From: Phoronis australis
Lineage: Eukaryota > Animalia > Phoronida
DNA length: 64,000 bases
NCBI GenBank assembly: GCA_002633005.1
Contig: NMRA01000077.1
Coordinates: forward strand, 951,045-1,015,044
Direction of reading: 5' to 3'
A model generated the notes under the pieces. The model ran no database searches and was not told the DNA's origin. It saw nothing but the letters and a program-made list of their open reading frames with translations. The stretch's first letter is position 1, and each line of letters begins with the position of its first letter. Made by a program: the position numbers and the translations under genes. Shown piece by piece: positions 49,701 to 60,200 of the stretch.

Positions 49701-49742
49701 CAACGGATTTCCAACAACACAGATACCACTAGCAAGATGTAA
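34170..49742 (+). CDS. COASY: Bifunctional coenzyme A synthase (PPAT + dephospho-CoA kinase), complete CDS, 8 coding exons, 536 aa
   Basis: Exons 34170-34764, 35822-36036, 37010-37141, 40749-40887, 42176-42306, 42997-43179, 43894-44040, 49674-49742. Motifs: N-terminal GLLVLTSP...TLYVH; [40 protein letters not shown]; DPCK P-loop [52 protein letters not shown]. Confidence 0.96.
35822..36036 (+). CDS. COASY: COASY coding exon 2
   Basis: [14 protein letters not shown]...DPYG...[10 protein letters not shown]...RKEK; acceptor ttttcag; donor gtagga. Confidence 0.95.
37010..37141 (+). CDS. COASY: COASY coding exon 3
   Basis: [15 protein letters not shown]...[20 protein letters not shown]; acceptor tttccag; donor gtattt. 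Confidence 0.93.
37367..37762. repeat. 30-bp minisatellite, about 13 copies
   Basis: Unit gtatctaaccttctataccaccagataggt(gct), about 30 bp. Confidence 0.95.
38300..39072 (+). mobile_element. 5'-truncated, frameshifted non-LTR retrotransposon fragment with an RNase H domain
   Basis: IIFTDGSV...SGWGF (38305 frame), then IATDSQS...[20 protein letters not shown] (38595 frame), carrying RNase HI motifs TDGS, TDS and GH.G..GNE.AD. Ends in a (GACAAT)n tail at about 39048-39072. Confidence 0.82.
39200..40450 (-). mobile_element. Highly degenerate HINE-like fragments interrupted by another element (about 39680-40200)
   Basis: Recurring tagtggcaattttgttttt and tcatgaaatttggca core motifs in minus orientation. 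Confidence 0.5.
40749..40887 (+). CDS. COASY: COASY coding exon 4 (DPCK P-loop)
   Basis: [34 protein letters not shown]; acceptor gttacag; donor gtaata. Confidence 0.94.
41040..41900 (-). mobile_element. HINE-like element, minus-strand copy
   Basis: Core repeats tgccccctagtggcaatttt and gcaccacctagtggccattttt. Confidence 0.78.
41605..41780 (+). mobile_element. Penelope-like retroelement 3'/pLTR fragment nested in the HINE copy
   Basis: Encodes NAVNRDNGG...IWN (like the GIY-YIG C-terminal NRD.G...W), followed by ctgaagatggct...agccgaaactgtc typical of PLE pLTRs. Confidence 0.6.
42176..42306 (+). CDS. COASY: COASY coding exon 5
   Basis: GHKAYLKGT...FGQDIV...[16 protein letters not shown]; acceptor tttacag; donor gtgcta. 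Confidence 0.94.
42997..43179 (+). CDS. COASY: COASY coding exon 6
   Basis: [14 protein letters not shown]...[29 protein letters not shown]; acceptor catttag; donor gtgact. Confidence 0.95.
43685..43835. mobile_element. Short MITE (hAT-like termini)
   Basis: tagtggcggattta ... tggatccgctcctg imperfect TIRs with internal gcccccc motifs. Confidence 0.55.
43894..44040 (+). CDS. COASY: COASY coding exon 7
   Basis: [23 protein letters not shown]...[16 protein letters not shown]; acceptor attttag; donor gtaggt. Confidence 0.94.
45042..45390 (+). mobile_element. Left arm of the Kolobok-like element (second copy)
   Basis: ttaa|aggagaatgccacccaaaaaacaaccc... closely matches 22262-22640. Confidence 0.75.
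45510..46576 (-). mobile_element. HINE-like element, minus-strand copy
   Basis: Ends in gggtgcatttcaacgctctgcgttgctcttgt, the reverse complement of the family 5' end; multiple core repeats. Confidence 0.85.
47668..47778. repeat. About 54-bp tandem duplication
   Basis: caaatgttgcac(g/a)ctgttgagat...gccaacatacgcctttcaacaaaggaa occurs twice. Confidence 0.85.
49674..49742 (+). CDS. COASY: COASY terminal coding exon
   Basis: [22 protein letters not shown] followed by TAA; acceptor tttacag ends at 49673. Confidence 0.92.
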   Translation, partial: VEKAWNLLNQRISNNTDTTSKM

Positions 49743-52700
49743 TTTTTCATGTGCGGTCTGAGTTCGAAGTTGAACAAAATCATGTGCTCAAGATCTTCCA
49801 GGACAAGAAAATACATGACCATCAACTGTCAATTGGAGTATGGGGACTGATATCAGCTGACAAATGCCCAAGTATTTTAGTACAACGATTACAACTAAGT
49901 ATCTTATCTATGCAAACGCAGTAGCCACTGATGAAAGCTTGCTTTTCTAGTGACATTAACAAATGGGAATTGGGAAGACCTTAATTAATTTTGTGTGGTC
50001 ATGCGTCGCAGGTGAACTGTCCACTTTGAGCCGTCTCGGTCCGCGCCGTTGTGGCAAACATATGCTCATATTTGAATGATGCACTAGCGCCCCTACGGGC
50101 ATAATAACTGATGGAAGGACGAGCTGCTTATTGATAACAACATTCAAGATTTCCATTTCTGGATACAAACATTTGTGGTGAATAAACCAGATTACTTGCG
50201 AACACCGGAAAATGTGGAAAGTGGAATGAAATTATATGTGCTAATAAAAATCTTCTGAGATGTAAAAGTATAATTTATTTTGATATTGTGGCACACCGCA
50301 GTGTAGTTTGTTAAGTTATTCCACTAAGCACAAGTTTCAATTATGAGAAAAACTGAAGCACTGTCGTAAAAGTAATGATGATTTCATTATAACAAGCATG
50401 GAATCCACCAATACCACTGTTTATTACAAACACAAGCATCTCGCGTCTTTGACTGATGATTCTTCGTCCAGGATTTCAAAATGCCATCCACATTGAACTT
50501 AAATCTGCACTAAACAGGTGTTCAACAAACCACAAAAGGTTTTTCTCTGTTAACATGCAAGTCTCTCAAAATGACGTCGCTGATAAATTCCCCAGCCACA
50601 GATGGTCATAACACCTTAAGAGTGATGTACGGCTCACAGCAACCAAAAATGCCCAGAGGGGTGATCAACCCAGTGTCACGGATTTGAATCGTACTATGCA
50701 AATTAGTAGGGATGATAAACAAAACAGTAAAGTCCAATCTCATTTTACCTTGTTTAAGGGGGAGAAATCAGGCAGCCTCTATTTTGGGGGTATACCATGC
50801 AATGGACTCACCGAAAATGCATAATAAAAAATACAGGTGCACAAGATCATTATTTGTTTGTAATTTTTAAATAAAGGAAGTCTTCGGCTTCACAAAGATG
50901 TTAAACAATGCTCGTTAACTCTGCCACTAAGTTCAAAATTTCAGGCATAAATTATAGAGGGGTCAGAGGTTAACAACGCATTGCAATTTCACCACACTTA
51001 GAGCCCACATATCTCAGCTGGCACAACACTGATCAACGGCACACTTTTACGCAAGATGTTTCTATCTCAGTGATGTTGATTGATACAATAAAATCTTCTG
51101 GCACTGAGCAATTTCCTATAGGAATCGCAAGATTGTGACAACCACCTGAGTGGAAATTACCTTCAATACTAATACCTGTTTGGAACACTACAGCACCAGT
51201 AGAGTGCATAGTTTTGATTCAAAAGTTGTTTTATTAATATTTATAGTTTAGTGTCATTGAGTCAGGCGCATTTGTTTAAAGTATTTTTTCAATTTTCATT
51301 AAAATTCTGCTTTTTTCGTGAACCCAGTGTCCAACAACATGTGTCACTTTAGTGGTGGCAAAATGGTTGATGATCCTGACTTGCAGTGTTAACTGTTATA
51401 ATGAAGTGTGATGAAGTGTGTGGGTCCTCAAAGGAATATCCTCTGCACGTGTGAAATCTTGTTCACCGGACTTGTGTGACTGTGTCCAAGGCAAGGGCAA
51501 GACACCGGCCTCATCTTGGAATTCTACGGAAACCAAGTAAACTGTGCAAACGCCCATTTCATTCGCAGTAGCTCGCGTGCCAAACCTGAAGTGGGGATGC
51601 TGGTTGAAATGTTTAAAGTCAACTTACTTCCACTGGAATTCAACAATGTCAATGCATGTGTTCTTTCCTGTCGGATCTGATAAATACTGTTATTACTTTA
51701 TTTGAAATTAAAGTCATAACATGATGGTAGCATTTTGGCGGTAATAATCAGTTTTATGGATACCTGATTTGAGAACCACTAGAGACAACAATTGTTTTTC
51801 TAATACAGTACCCTGCAGTGCAAGTTAGGTTCTCCTATCAGGAAATTCACAAACTGAGTGACCATGCGTGTATCATAAAAATGTAACAACAATACTGTCT
51901 CGTTTTTGAACAGTATAGACAGCTTTTCGTTGTGCCCACTGGTGAAATTCAGTAGTGTTATGCGTATATCACTGTAAACAACTGATGAACAGTCTTGAGT
52001 TCCAAAGTCAAATGATATACCTGTCCTGTTGCCGTTGTTGGAGTCTAGGCTTGCCTAGAGCTATTCAGTCCACTTACTAGTAGTGTCTTGTGTTAGTTAT
52101 AAGTTTAGTCTGAGATTATGTGCATCTAGTGGCCACGTGTTGCAAGTGGAAAATACAATATCTCATTGACTTTCACTTTTCAATGACCATTATTGTTGTT
52201 ATGAGTCTTCTTTTTAGTTCATTACAAGAAGAATTTTCCCTATGAGATGAATGCTGTAGTCATGTCATTCTAAATTCCAGTTTTAACTGACAACCTGCAT
52301 GCCACAATTTCTTTTCACTTCGGCTGTCAGTGAATTATGTAATTCTTGAAATCATAGTATGTCGTTCTGAGTCCCACTATGTCGACATTTAGGATCTGGA
52401 TTATATCCTCTTGATGGCCAAAGGAATCCGGTCAAACTGGCAAAAATAAATCAAGTACCCAGTGTTTTTTCTGGTTGTACTTAGTCATTTTACATATTGC
52501 ATGCCATAGGTCAAATGAATTATCTCAGCTAGAATCATTGGATCACTCAGAGGCAGTCACACCTGTGTAGTGGCTGAGCTCTGCGAAGTTCCACAAAAGG
52601 TGTATAATTCGAGAGTGCTACAAACTACCTGTCATTTTCAGAAAGCAGAACAACAAAGCAGACCCCGCAAGAACTGCACAGGCGATGAAGACGGATAAGT

Positions 52701-54456
52701 AGTTCAGGGAGGAAGGTTGGCTGACACCACAGCAGGATAAAGATTTCTTTTCAAGCTTGGCTGCCTTGAATTGTGCTGAAAAATGGTCAAATTTGGGAGA
52801 TAATGAAGTTGACAGTCAGTGATGTCTAGGAATACTCTGGATTTCATCTTCGCCCGAACATTGTACAATCCGTTGGGTTGCCTGAGTGATTTAACCAGTT
52901 GATATTGATGTGATATTGTAGAAAGAGGTAAATGCAAAATGCAATATTGTATCACATGTTGTGATCTTGTCAGTAAAAATTAGGATATTTAGTAGGGGGT
53001 TCTGGTTGAAACTTTGTTGTCCAATTTATTCAAAGATGCTGGTATTTCAGTTTTCATCTTTCAAATTCATATTACACTCAACCTCACTTAACTAACTTAT
53101 CTGAGTGGTGACTTATGTACAAGCTTAAGGAAAGGTGGTGACTTAGGCAGACTGCTGAGTTTCAGGTAGCATATGTGATGACAAGTTTAGGGAGAGGCCC
53201 TGTATTTTGAAAGGTTAACTTTGGGAATGTCATACGTGAATCAGTTTACTGGCATTTAGATCAAAGAACACATTTAGACATCTCGTTTTTCCATGCTACT
53301 TTGTATAAATTAACTGGGCGATGAGTGTTAAACCAGATTCTAGTAGCATTAAATATCACTTTTTACTTTAAAGTGGTCCGCTATTGTATATACCTACTAA
53401 GGAGTTACAGTATGGGACGAGGAGATACATGTAAGCGAGATCACATGTATTTTGAACAGTTAACATAAGAGTGTCATATTTGAGCCAGTCCATTAGCACT
53501 TAGATCAGTTACCTTATTTAGATATCTCTGTTGTGATTTTGCCTAAGGAAAGTTGAGAGTCTTGCTATTAAAGAACCCCAAAGACGACTTAGGAATTAGA
53601 ACCCAGTGTGCATGAAGCTATATTTTGAACTGGAGACTGTTTCAAAGTTTATATGCTGTATATTGTTTGTCTGCTGACAAGTCATGGAAAAACATGAGCT
53701 ACAATACAATGCAATACTTGTCGTGTACTTATGGACTTTATACTGAAAGCAGCCTTTATCATCCTCACTTCTTTCATGTGACCTCTGTAGTGGATGAAAA
53801 TCTGATCATGCTTCCAACAGGAGGCATTTATATAGTCAAGTAACAACTGATCACCTGAAACTGGATACCTTTGCCCTCTGGAGGACTGGGAAGTAATTTG
53901 AATTCACTTCTTTAAACTTCTCACAACTAGTCACACACACTTATTCAACTATGTTCCTCTGCGCCTCCCACTAAGCCTGGTCCATTCGCAAACATGCTCT
54001 TAATCGTCAAGATTGTTACGGGGTTGTATTGTTTTATAGCTCGCCTTATCAAGAAAAATTTAATAAACAAAATACTGTCCGCATAGACTACATACAGCAT
54101 AGAAAAAGATTTCTCAACTTGTATCGGAGTTCACTAAATAAAATTAAGAACAAACTTCCAATGTTCTGTACCATTCCCTATGTTATTGACTAAGACAGTT
54201 GTTATATTAAACAAAATGTTTTTAAACATTAAAATATGTTATTCTGTAACGTAGATTATTCCTAGAACACTTATTTGAAGCTGGTACACAACTTCCTTCA
54301 AACTGTTGTCTGCTCAGATGATACATTATTTCTGGGCTTGGGAAGAAATGAGAGTTCATTACTGCCCGAGGCTTGGCTCAGCATTTCATGGTGGGTCATT
54401 GTATGGCTTGAGCAAGCTCTTGAGCATAAAAAATTGTCACTTCTTCCCAAGCTCAG

Positions 54457-55967
54457 AACAAGAGCAAGGCGGAACGTTGAAATGCGCCCACGAATGCATC
54501 ACAAACGATGTGCTTCTACGGGTGTATATTTGTATCATAAAAGTAGCCACGAGATGGTACAAAATACGTCTAATCCATCTGAAAATGGGAAAATGTTGTT
54601 GTTTATTTAAAAAAGGCGATTAACCAAATTTCATAAAAATCTATCGAGCAACTTCAGAGAAACGAAGGAAAACAAAAATAATGAAATTGCCCCTAGGGGG
54701 CACAGCGTTCGCTAGATTTGTCTAAAAGTCATCCTCATCCGCTGTCAACTTCATATAAATACACTTGATAAATTTAATAAAGATCCTGCAGTAGGTTGAG
54801 GAGATACAGCTATGAGTGCAAAAAAAACTGACACTAGGAGGTGGCACAACTGTCTAAGTAGTCACAAAATCATCATCAACCGTCACACTAAGAACACATA
54901 TGCCAATTTTCAAAATCATCCTTAGAGTGGTTGGGTTGATAGAGGGGCGGACGCCAAAAACAGACTAGAAAACAGTACAAATGGCCACTAGATGGCGCAA
55001 AATATGTCGAATCTATCTGAAAACAGGAACATTTCATCGATTTTTAATAGAAAGGAATCTACTAGATTTCATAAATATATTCGCAAAGGAACTTCAGAGA
55101 GACAGGAAAATGTGATAACATGAAATTCCCACTAGGTTGCACAGCCTTTGTTGGATCCATCTGAATATTCGTCATTCTCCGTTGTCAACATCATACGAAT
55201 AAAATTGCTAAATACCTCAAATCTATCCGAAAACGGGAGAATAGCTTTACATAGATGCCTATATATTCCAAATTTTATGAAAATCCGTAGAAGACCTTTG
55301 AAGATACACAGAGAAACCTAAAACAAAATAAATTTGCCACTAGGGGGCACACCGGTAGTCAGATCTGTCCAAAAGTTGTCCTCGTCCGTTGTCAACTTCA
55401 TATAAATACACTTGCTAAATTTACTAAAGATCCTGCATAGTGTTACGGAAACACAGCCATGGGCACAAAAAAACTGCCACCAGGTGGCACCACAGTATTC
55501 GAAGTCGTCGGAAAATTATCTTCATCCGTCCTCTTCACAGTAAGAACATACATGCCAATTTTTACAGTCATTCTTAGAGTGGTTTGGTTGACAGAGTTGC
55601 AGACACCAAAAAACAAGACTCGAAAACAGTAAAAATGGCCACTAGGTGGCGCAAAATACCTCACATCTGTCTGAAAATGAGACGATAGCATCACCTAATA
55701 AATGGCTATATGCCAACTTGTATGAAAATTCTGAATGAAGACCTTTGAAGATACAGAGGTAACTGTAAAAAACTAAAATTGCCACTAGCGGGCACATCGT
55801 TAGTTGGATCAGTCCTAAATATCGCTCATGCCATCCCACTTCTGAAAAGAACACAATTAAAATTTCATGAACGTACATCAATAGCACTTTGGAGCAGCGG
55901 ATGCCAGACGGACAGACAAGGATGACAACATAATGCGTCCACATATCAAAATGTGGGCGCATAAAAA
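54457..55967 (+). mobile_element. HINE-like element, most complete copy (about 1.5 kb)
   Basis: 5' acaagagcaaggcggaacgttgaaatgcgcccac; about 9 core subunits; cggacagaca microsatellite remnant; 3' hairpin tgcgtccacat..atgtgggcgca plus taaaaa. Confidence 0.88.
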
Positions 55968-56145
55968 CTTGGAAAAGAACAAAGATAACACAATGTTAAG
56001 TGGTTTATAAGTAAAATTAGTCTCTTGGCGAATGATAATGTTTGTGATGGTGTTAAAGCCTGTGACGACTCGAGGGAAACAAATAAAATCTAACGTATAT
56101 GTTTATTAATTAAGAAATACACTACACAGAATACAGGATTCCTCA

Positions 56146-56396
56146 GGGGCCTGTTCCAAGGAACTGACTTCAGTTTATTTTTGACTTAAGTTTAAGATTT
56201 CTCTTTACTTCCAAACTTTGAAACTTCCACATTCGATAAGTTAGTCAAAACTATGACAAAACTTATGTCAAACACTTAAGTCAAACATAAGATCTCTTTC
56301 TTGAATTGGTTTTGAGACAAATTTAACATTTACTTTTAAATTTACTAAAATTCAAGATTTGTCTTGGCTGAGTCAGTTTTGTTGGAACGCGACCCT
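56146..56396. mobile_element. Harbinger/Tourist-like MITE
   Basis: Imperfect TIRs ggggcctgttccaaggaactgactt / gagtcagttttgttggaacgcgaccc; internal (t)gacttaag repeats. Confidence 0.55.
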
Positions 56397-57166
56397 GGCC
56401 TGCTGCCATGGAAGAACTGACCACGAGGTCTGGCTATCCATCACATGACCATCATATGTTACATAAATGATAAATAAGAACACAACCTCTATGCAGTACT
56501 AGATAGGATACTACAAAGCCCCAAGCAGCTCCATAAATATGAAAACCATGGTATACCTTCACGTTTTGTAGGGGAGCCTTTTGTTTTTAATATCTTATGA
56601 TGACTTTTAAGTTTGCAATTTCTGCTTGACCCAATTTAAGCTGAATAGGACTTTAAGAGCACAGTATGTCCGATGCACTGAAAATACACAAACCCTTCAA
56701 ACACTCAAAAAACCACACATCATAGCACTAAGATTAGATTGCATAAACATTACACCACCCACAAGAAACTAGCTCGTCGCACAGAGACCGATAGATAAGC
56801 GTAATCATTTTGCTTTTCTTTCTTATAATAAAGATAATGGTAAGCATTTATCGGTAACCAGCTGATGTGCGTCCAAGGTATTTTATCCGAGCGACCTCCA
56901 TTGTTATATCCAACAAAGACGCAACAAAGGAAAACAATGGTAGTGCCCTACAGATGATAAACATGTGATGCGCTTACACCCATCGCAGGATCTCGCACGT
57001 TAAACAATCGCTTGCGACATCCATACGACGTCATTTGGCATGGGCACCTATTATTATATTTGTCCTTCCCCATGACATGACTTAAGTACAAGGATTTGAA
57101 TGTTAGTCTAAGATTGAGGTCACATCAAGTAATTATCAAACGATAATAGAAAGGACTGAACAACAT

Positions 57167-57266
57167 TTATTGCGACTTCTTCGAGAAGTATTCATTGCAG
57201 ATCTTGTATGATTCCAGCCCCCCTACGTCAAATCGTCCAGTCAATGGTAGTGTATACAGAGGTAAT
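57167..57266 (-). CDS. Nucleotidyltransferase terminal exon
   Basis: LPLYTLPLTGRFDVGGLESYKICNEYFSKKSQ followed by TAA; acceptor attatag. Confidence 0.87.
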
Positions 57267-60200
57267 CTATAATGGAGATGTTATTTTTGTCTAACAGTAT
57301 ATCATGAACAAGAACATCGGCTAAGTGAAGTGAAACAAGTGTGATTTATGTAGCCTAGTAAGGCAAGCCAATAAGACAAACTTTATGATACATATTATAT
57401 AGCCTGGTCAGGTGAATAAATAACACCAACGTTATGATACAAATAGCCTAGTCAGGAAAGTCAATGAGACCACCTTAATGTTACTTGTAGCCTGATCAGG
57501 CAAACCAATAAAACCAAATTTATGATACATGTAGCCTAGTCAAGGTACCTAAACTACACGATCAACGGACTCATAAACACGACTTACGCACCTGCAAACA
57601 CTATCCACTGACTCTCAAACATGGGAACGGACTCACAAAACACGATCCACGCACACAAATACACGGGACACGGACTCATATTCACGAGGAAACACGGTTA
57701 AAGGACCGCCAAACACGGGTCATGGACAAAATGGAAGATGTCAGCTGACCCAGGAAGCCGATGAGTCCGTAAAGAAAATACACTTACCTTGTGTATAAAT
57801 AAGATATGAAGTTCCCTGTAGCATCTCTGTTTTTTAATGGCTCATCCTAGAAAAAATGTCTTGCGTGAAAAATACTGTAAATATGATTTCTAACAGTTGA
57901 AGTGTCTCTCTCTTGAACTAAGTGACCTAATTGTTAATTCTAATCCAAGTTACAAATCACAATTATAACAAAATATTTAATTCACTAGCCGTTACCCATC
58001 CGAAAGCACGGGTAGCAGCTAGTGGGAAACGCCGAGGGTAAATAGCTACACCTAAGAGTGAACCGAATGTTCATCGCAAGAGACAGGAATACTTCTTGAA
58101 GAGACCGTGTTCAAGGCTTCAAGCAGAATTTCTGTCATTGTCAGATTTTAGAAGGCAAGGTGTGCAGCTGTGGGATTCTTTCCCCAGCCAGTACAAAATT
58201 CTTTCCAGAACATTTCACCCTGCCGTAACATAACGTATGGTAATCAGATATTCTTTTGAAGTGGAAACTAAGAATGCATTAAAATATTGTATAGTGCACA
58301 AAATAGATGTATTTACAAAAGTTGCAATGTACATACTGAGGTAGAAAGCCAGCTAGCTGTATGAAGACTATCGTCAAATCACACTGCAGCTAGGTAGCCG
58401 TGTGTAGAGCTCCGTTAAACACCGAAATTTCACACAACCCGGGTGCTCAGCTCGTCACTTTGTCGTGAAAATTAGAGCTTACAACTTGCAGGGGTGCATG
58501 CAGAATATAGGAATGAACAGACATTCATCTTGCCCGTAACAGACGTTCATAGAAGTAAAAAAATCTAACGTTATTTTTCGTTATTCTCCGCCTTGTAACT
58601 AAGGAACATCTGTCACCGTCATCATTTTGAAAACAGTGCGTACTCGTGACACGCGCACGTACGCGCCATTTCCTAAAATTTTGCGATATCTCTCGAGAGT
58701 TTGTTCTGAAATTGGCTTTTCTGGTTCTAAAATAGCAAAAACTTGTAACCAAATGAAACCTCACAGTTGATTGAAGAACATGGAAATTTGGCCAATAGGT
58801 GACGCCAATGCCAATTTTCCAACACCTGGGTAAACAATTTAGTTTACTCAAGGAAGTAATTCTTAATGAGGCGTCATTTATTTTGGCGGCGACAGGCCCT
58901 ATGAATTATACACGCAAGAGAAACCAGAGGGAGTGAAATTAAGCCGACGAAGTGACATCACTAAGGCGGTTGAGCCGACGGTCTGATGTCACCAAGGCCA
59001 GTACAAAACTGGCCACCCTACCTCCGCGTCCGCAAAAAAACGTCCCGCGAGAAAAAAATAGTACACCTCAAATCAAAATAGGGGGCCGGTGCAATACCTG
59101 GCACCAAGGCGGTGCCGAAACGGGCGCAACGAAGGTCTGCAGTGGGGCAGGGGTTACAGAATTTGTGCAAATGATGTATTTTATATATAGCAATACCTGG
59201 CACCAAGGCAGTGCTGAAACAGCCGCAATGAAGATCTACAGTGGAGTGGGGGTGACGGAGTTTGTGCAAACGATGTATTTTATATAATAGATAATATCGA
59301 TACATAGCAGAATGAAAACAATTCATAAATTATTTTAATACTACTTCTGATAATGTGACTGCATGATCTGGATAACAAACCTTTTTCTCCAACAAAAACT
59401 GTGATAAGAGGGGTAAACTGTGATTCGATAGAAGATAGAAACACGGACACTGCTTCCTAGATAGCGTTGCTGTTGGCTGAGGCTTCTCCAAGAAGTTGAT
59501 AACTTTGCCGCCATCATCCGTCTCCAGGATGCCATATTTATGGACAACTGCAAGGAAATACCATGACTTTAAAATACAAATCCAATTGTGGATTAACCAT
59601 TTGGTTAAGTTGAAATGCAGCTAGCCCTTTCGACCACTCATTAACTGTGATCGAGATACCAAACAAAATCGGACATAAAAATGCCACTCTCCCAAAAAAT
59701 TGAATTGCATAGGGACAGAAAATGATAACATGACGCATTGGTTTTCAACATTGGTCCATAGATTTGAGGCTCTGTTGTAAACTGACCCAGACACGTTTTC
59801 CTAAAACAATTTCTGCACACATAACCATTATGGCTTGTGAAGGAGTATCTCAACTCAAAACTCAATATGGCTAGAGTAAAAGTACCTCAACTCTGAGCTC
59901 ATTATGGCTTGTAAAGGAGTACCTCAACTCGGAACTCATTATGGCTTGTGTAGGAGTATCTCAGCTCAGAACCACAGTTCAAATAAACAAGTCAGATTTC
60001 AGGTTGGTATTTGTGAGTGGGATGACTAAAACAATAATCTCAAATTATATTACAGAAAGGGTAGGTTTAACAAATGAAAAGAATGGACTGAAAAAGAATG
60101 AACCGAAAGTGAAACCTATAATTTTTATTCCACTGATGGGGAGAAAAGAAGCTGCAGACATAATCACCTTCATCTGGACAATTAACATAGACAACTAAGC

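Noticed and set aside
50081-50100. Solo CTCF-like site downstream of the COASY stop
   Set aside because: It is one G short of the AGRKGGC core and aligns poorly to the consensus.
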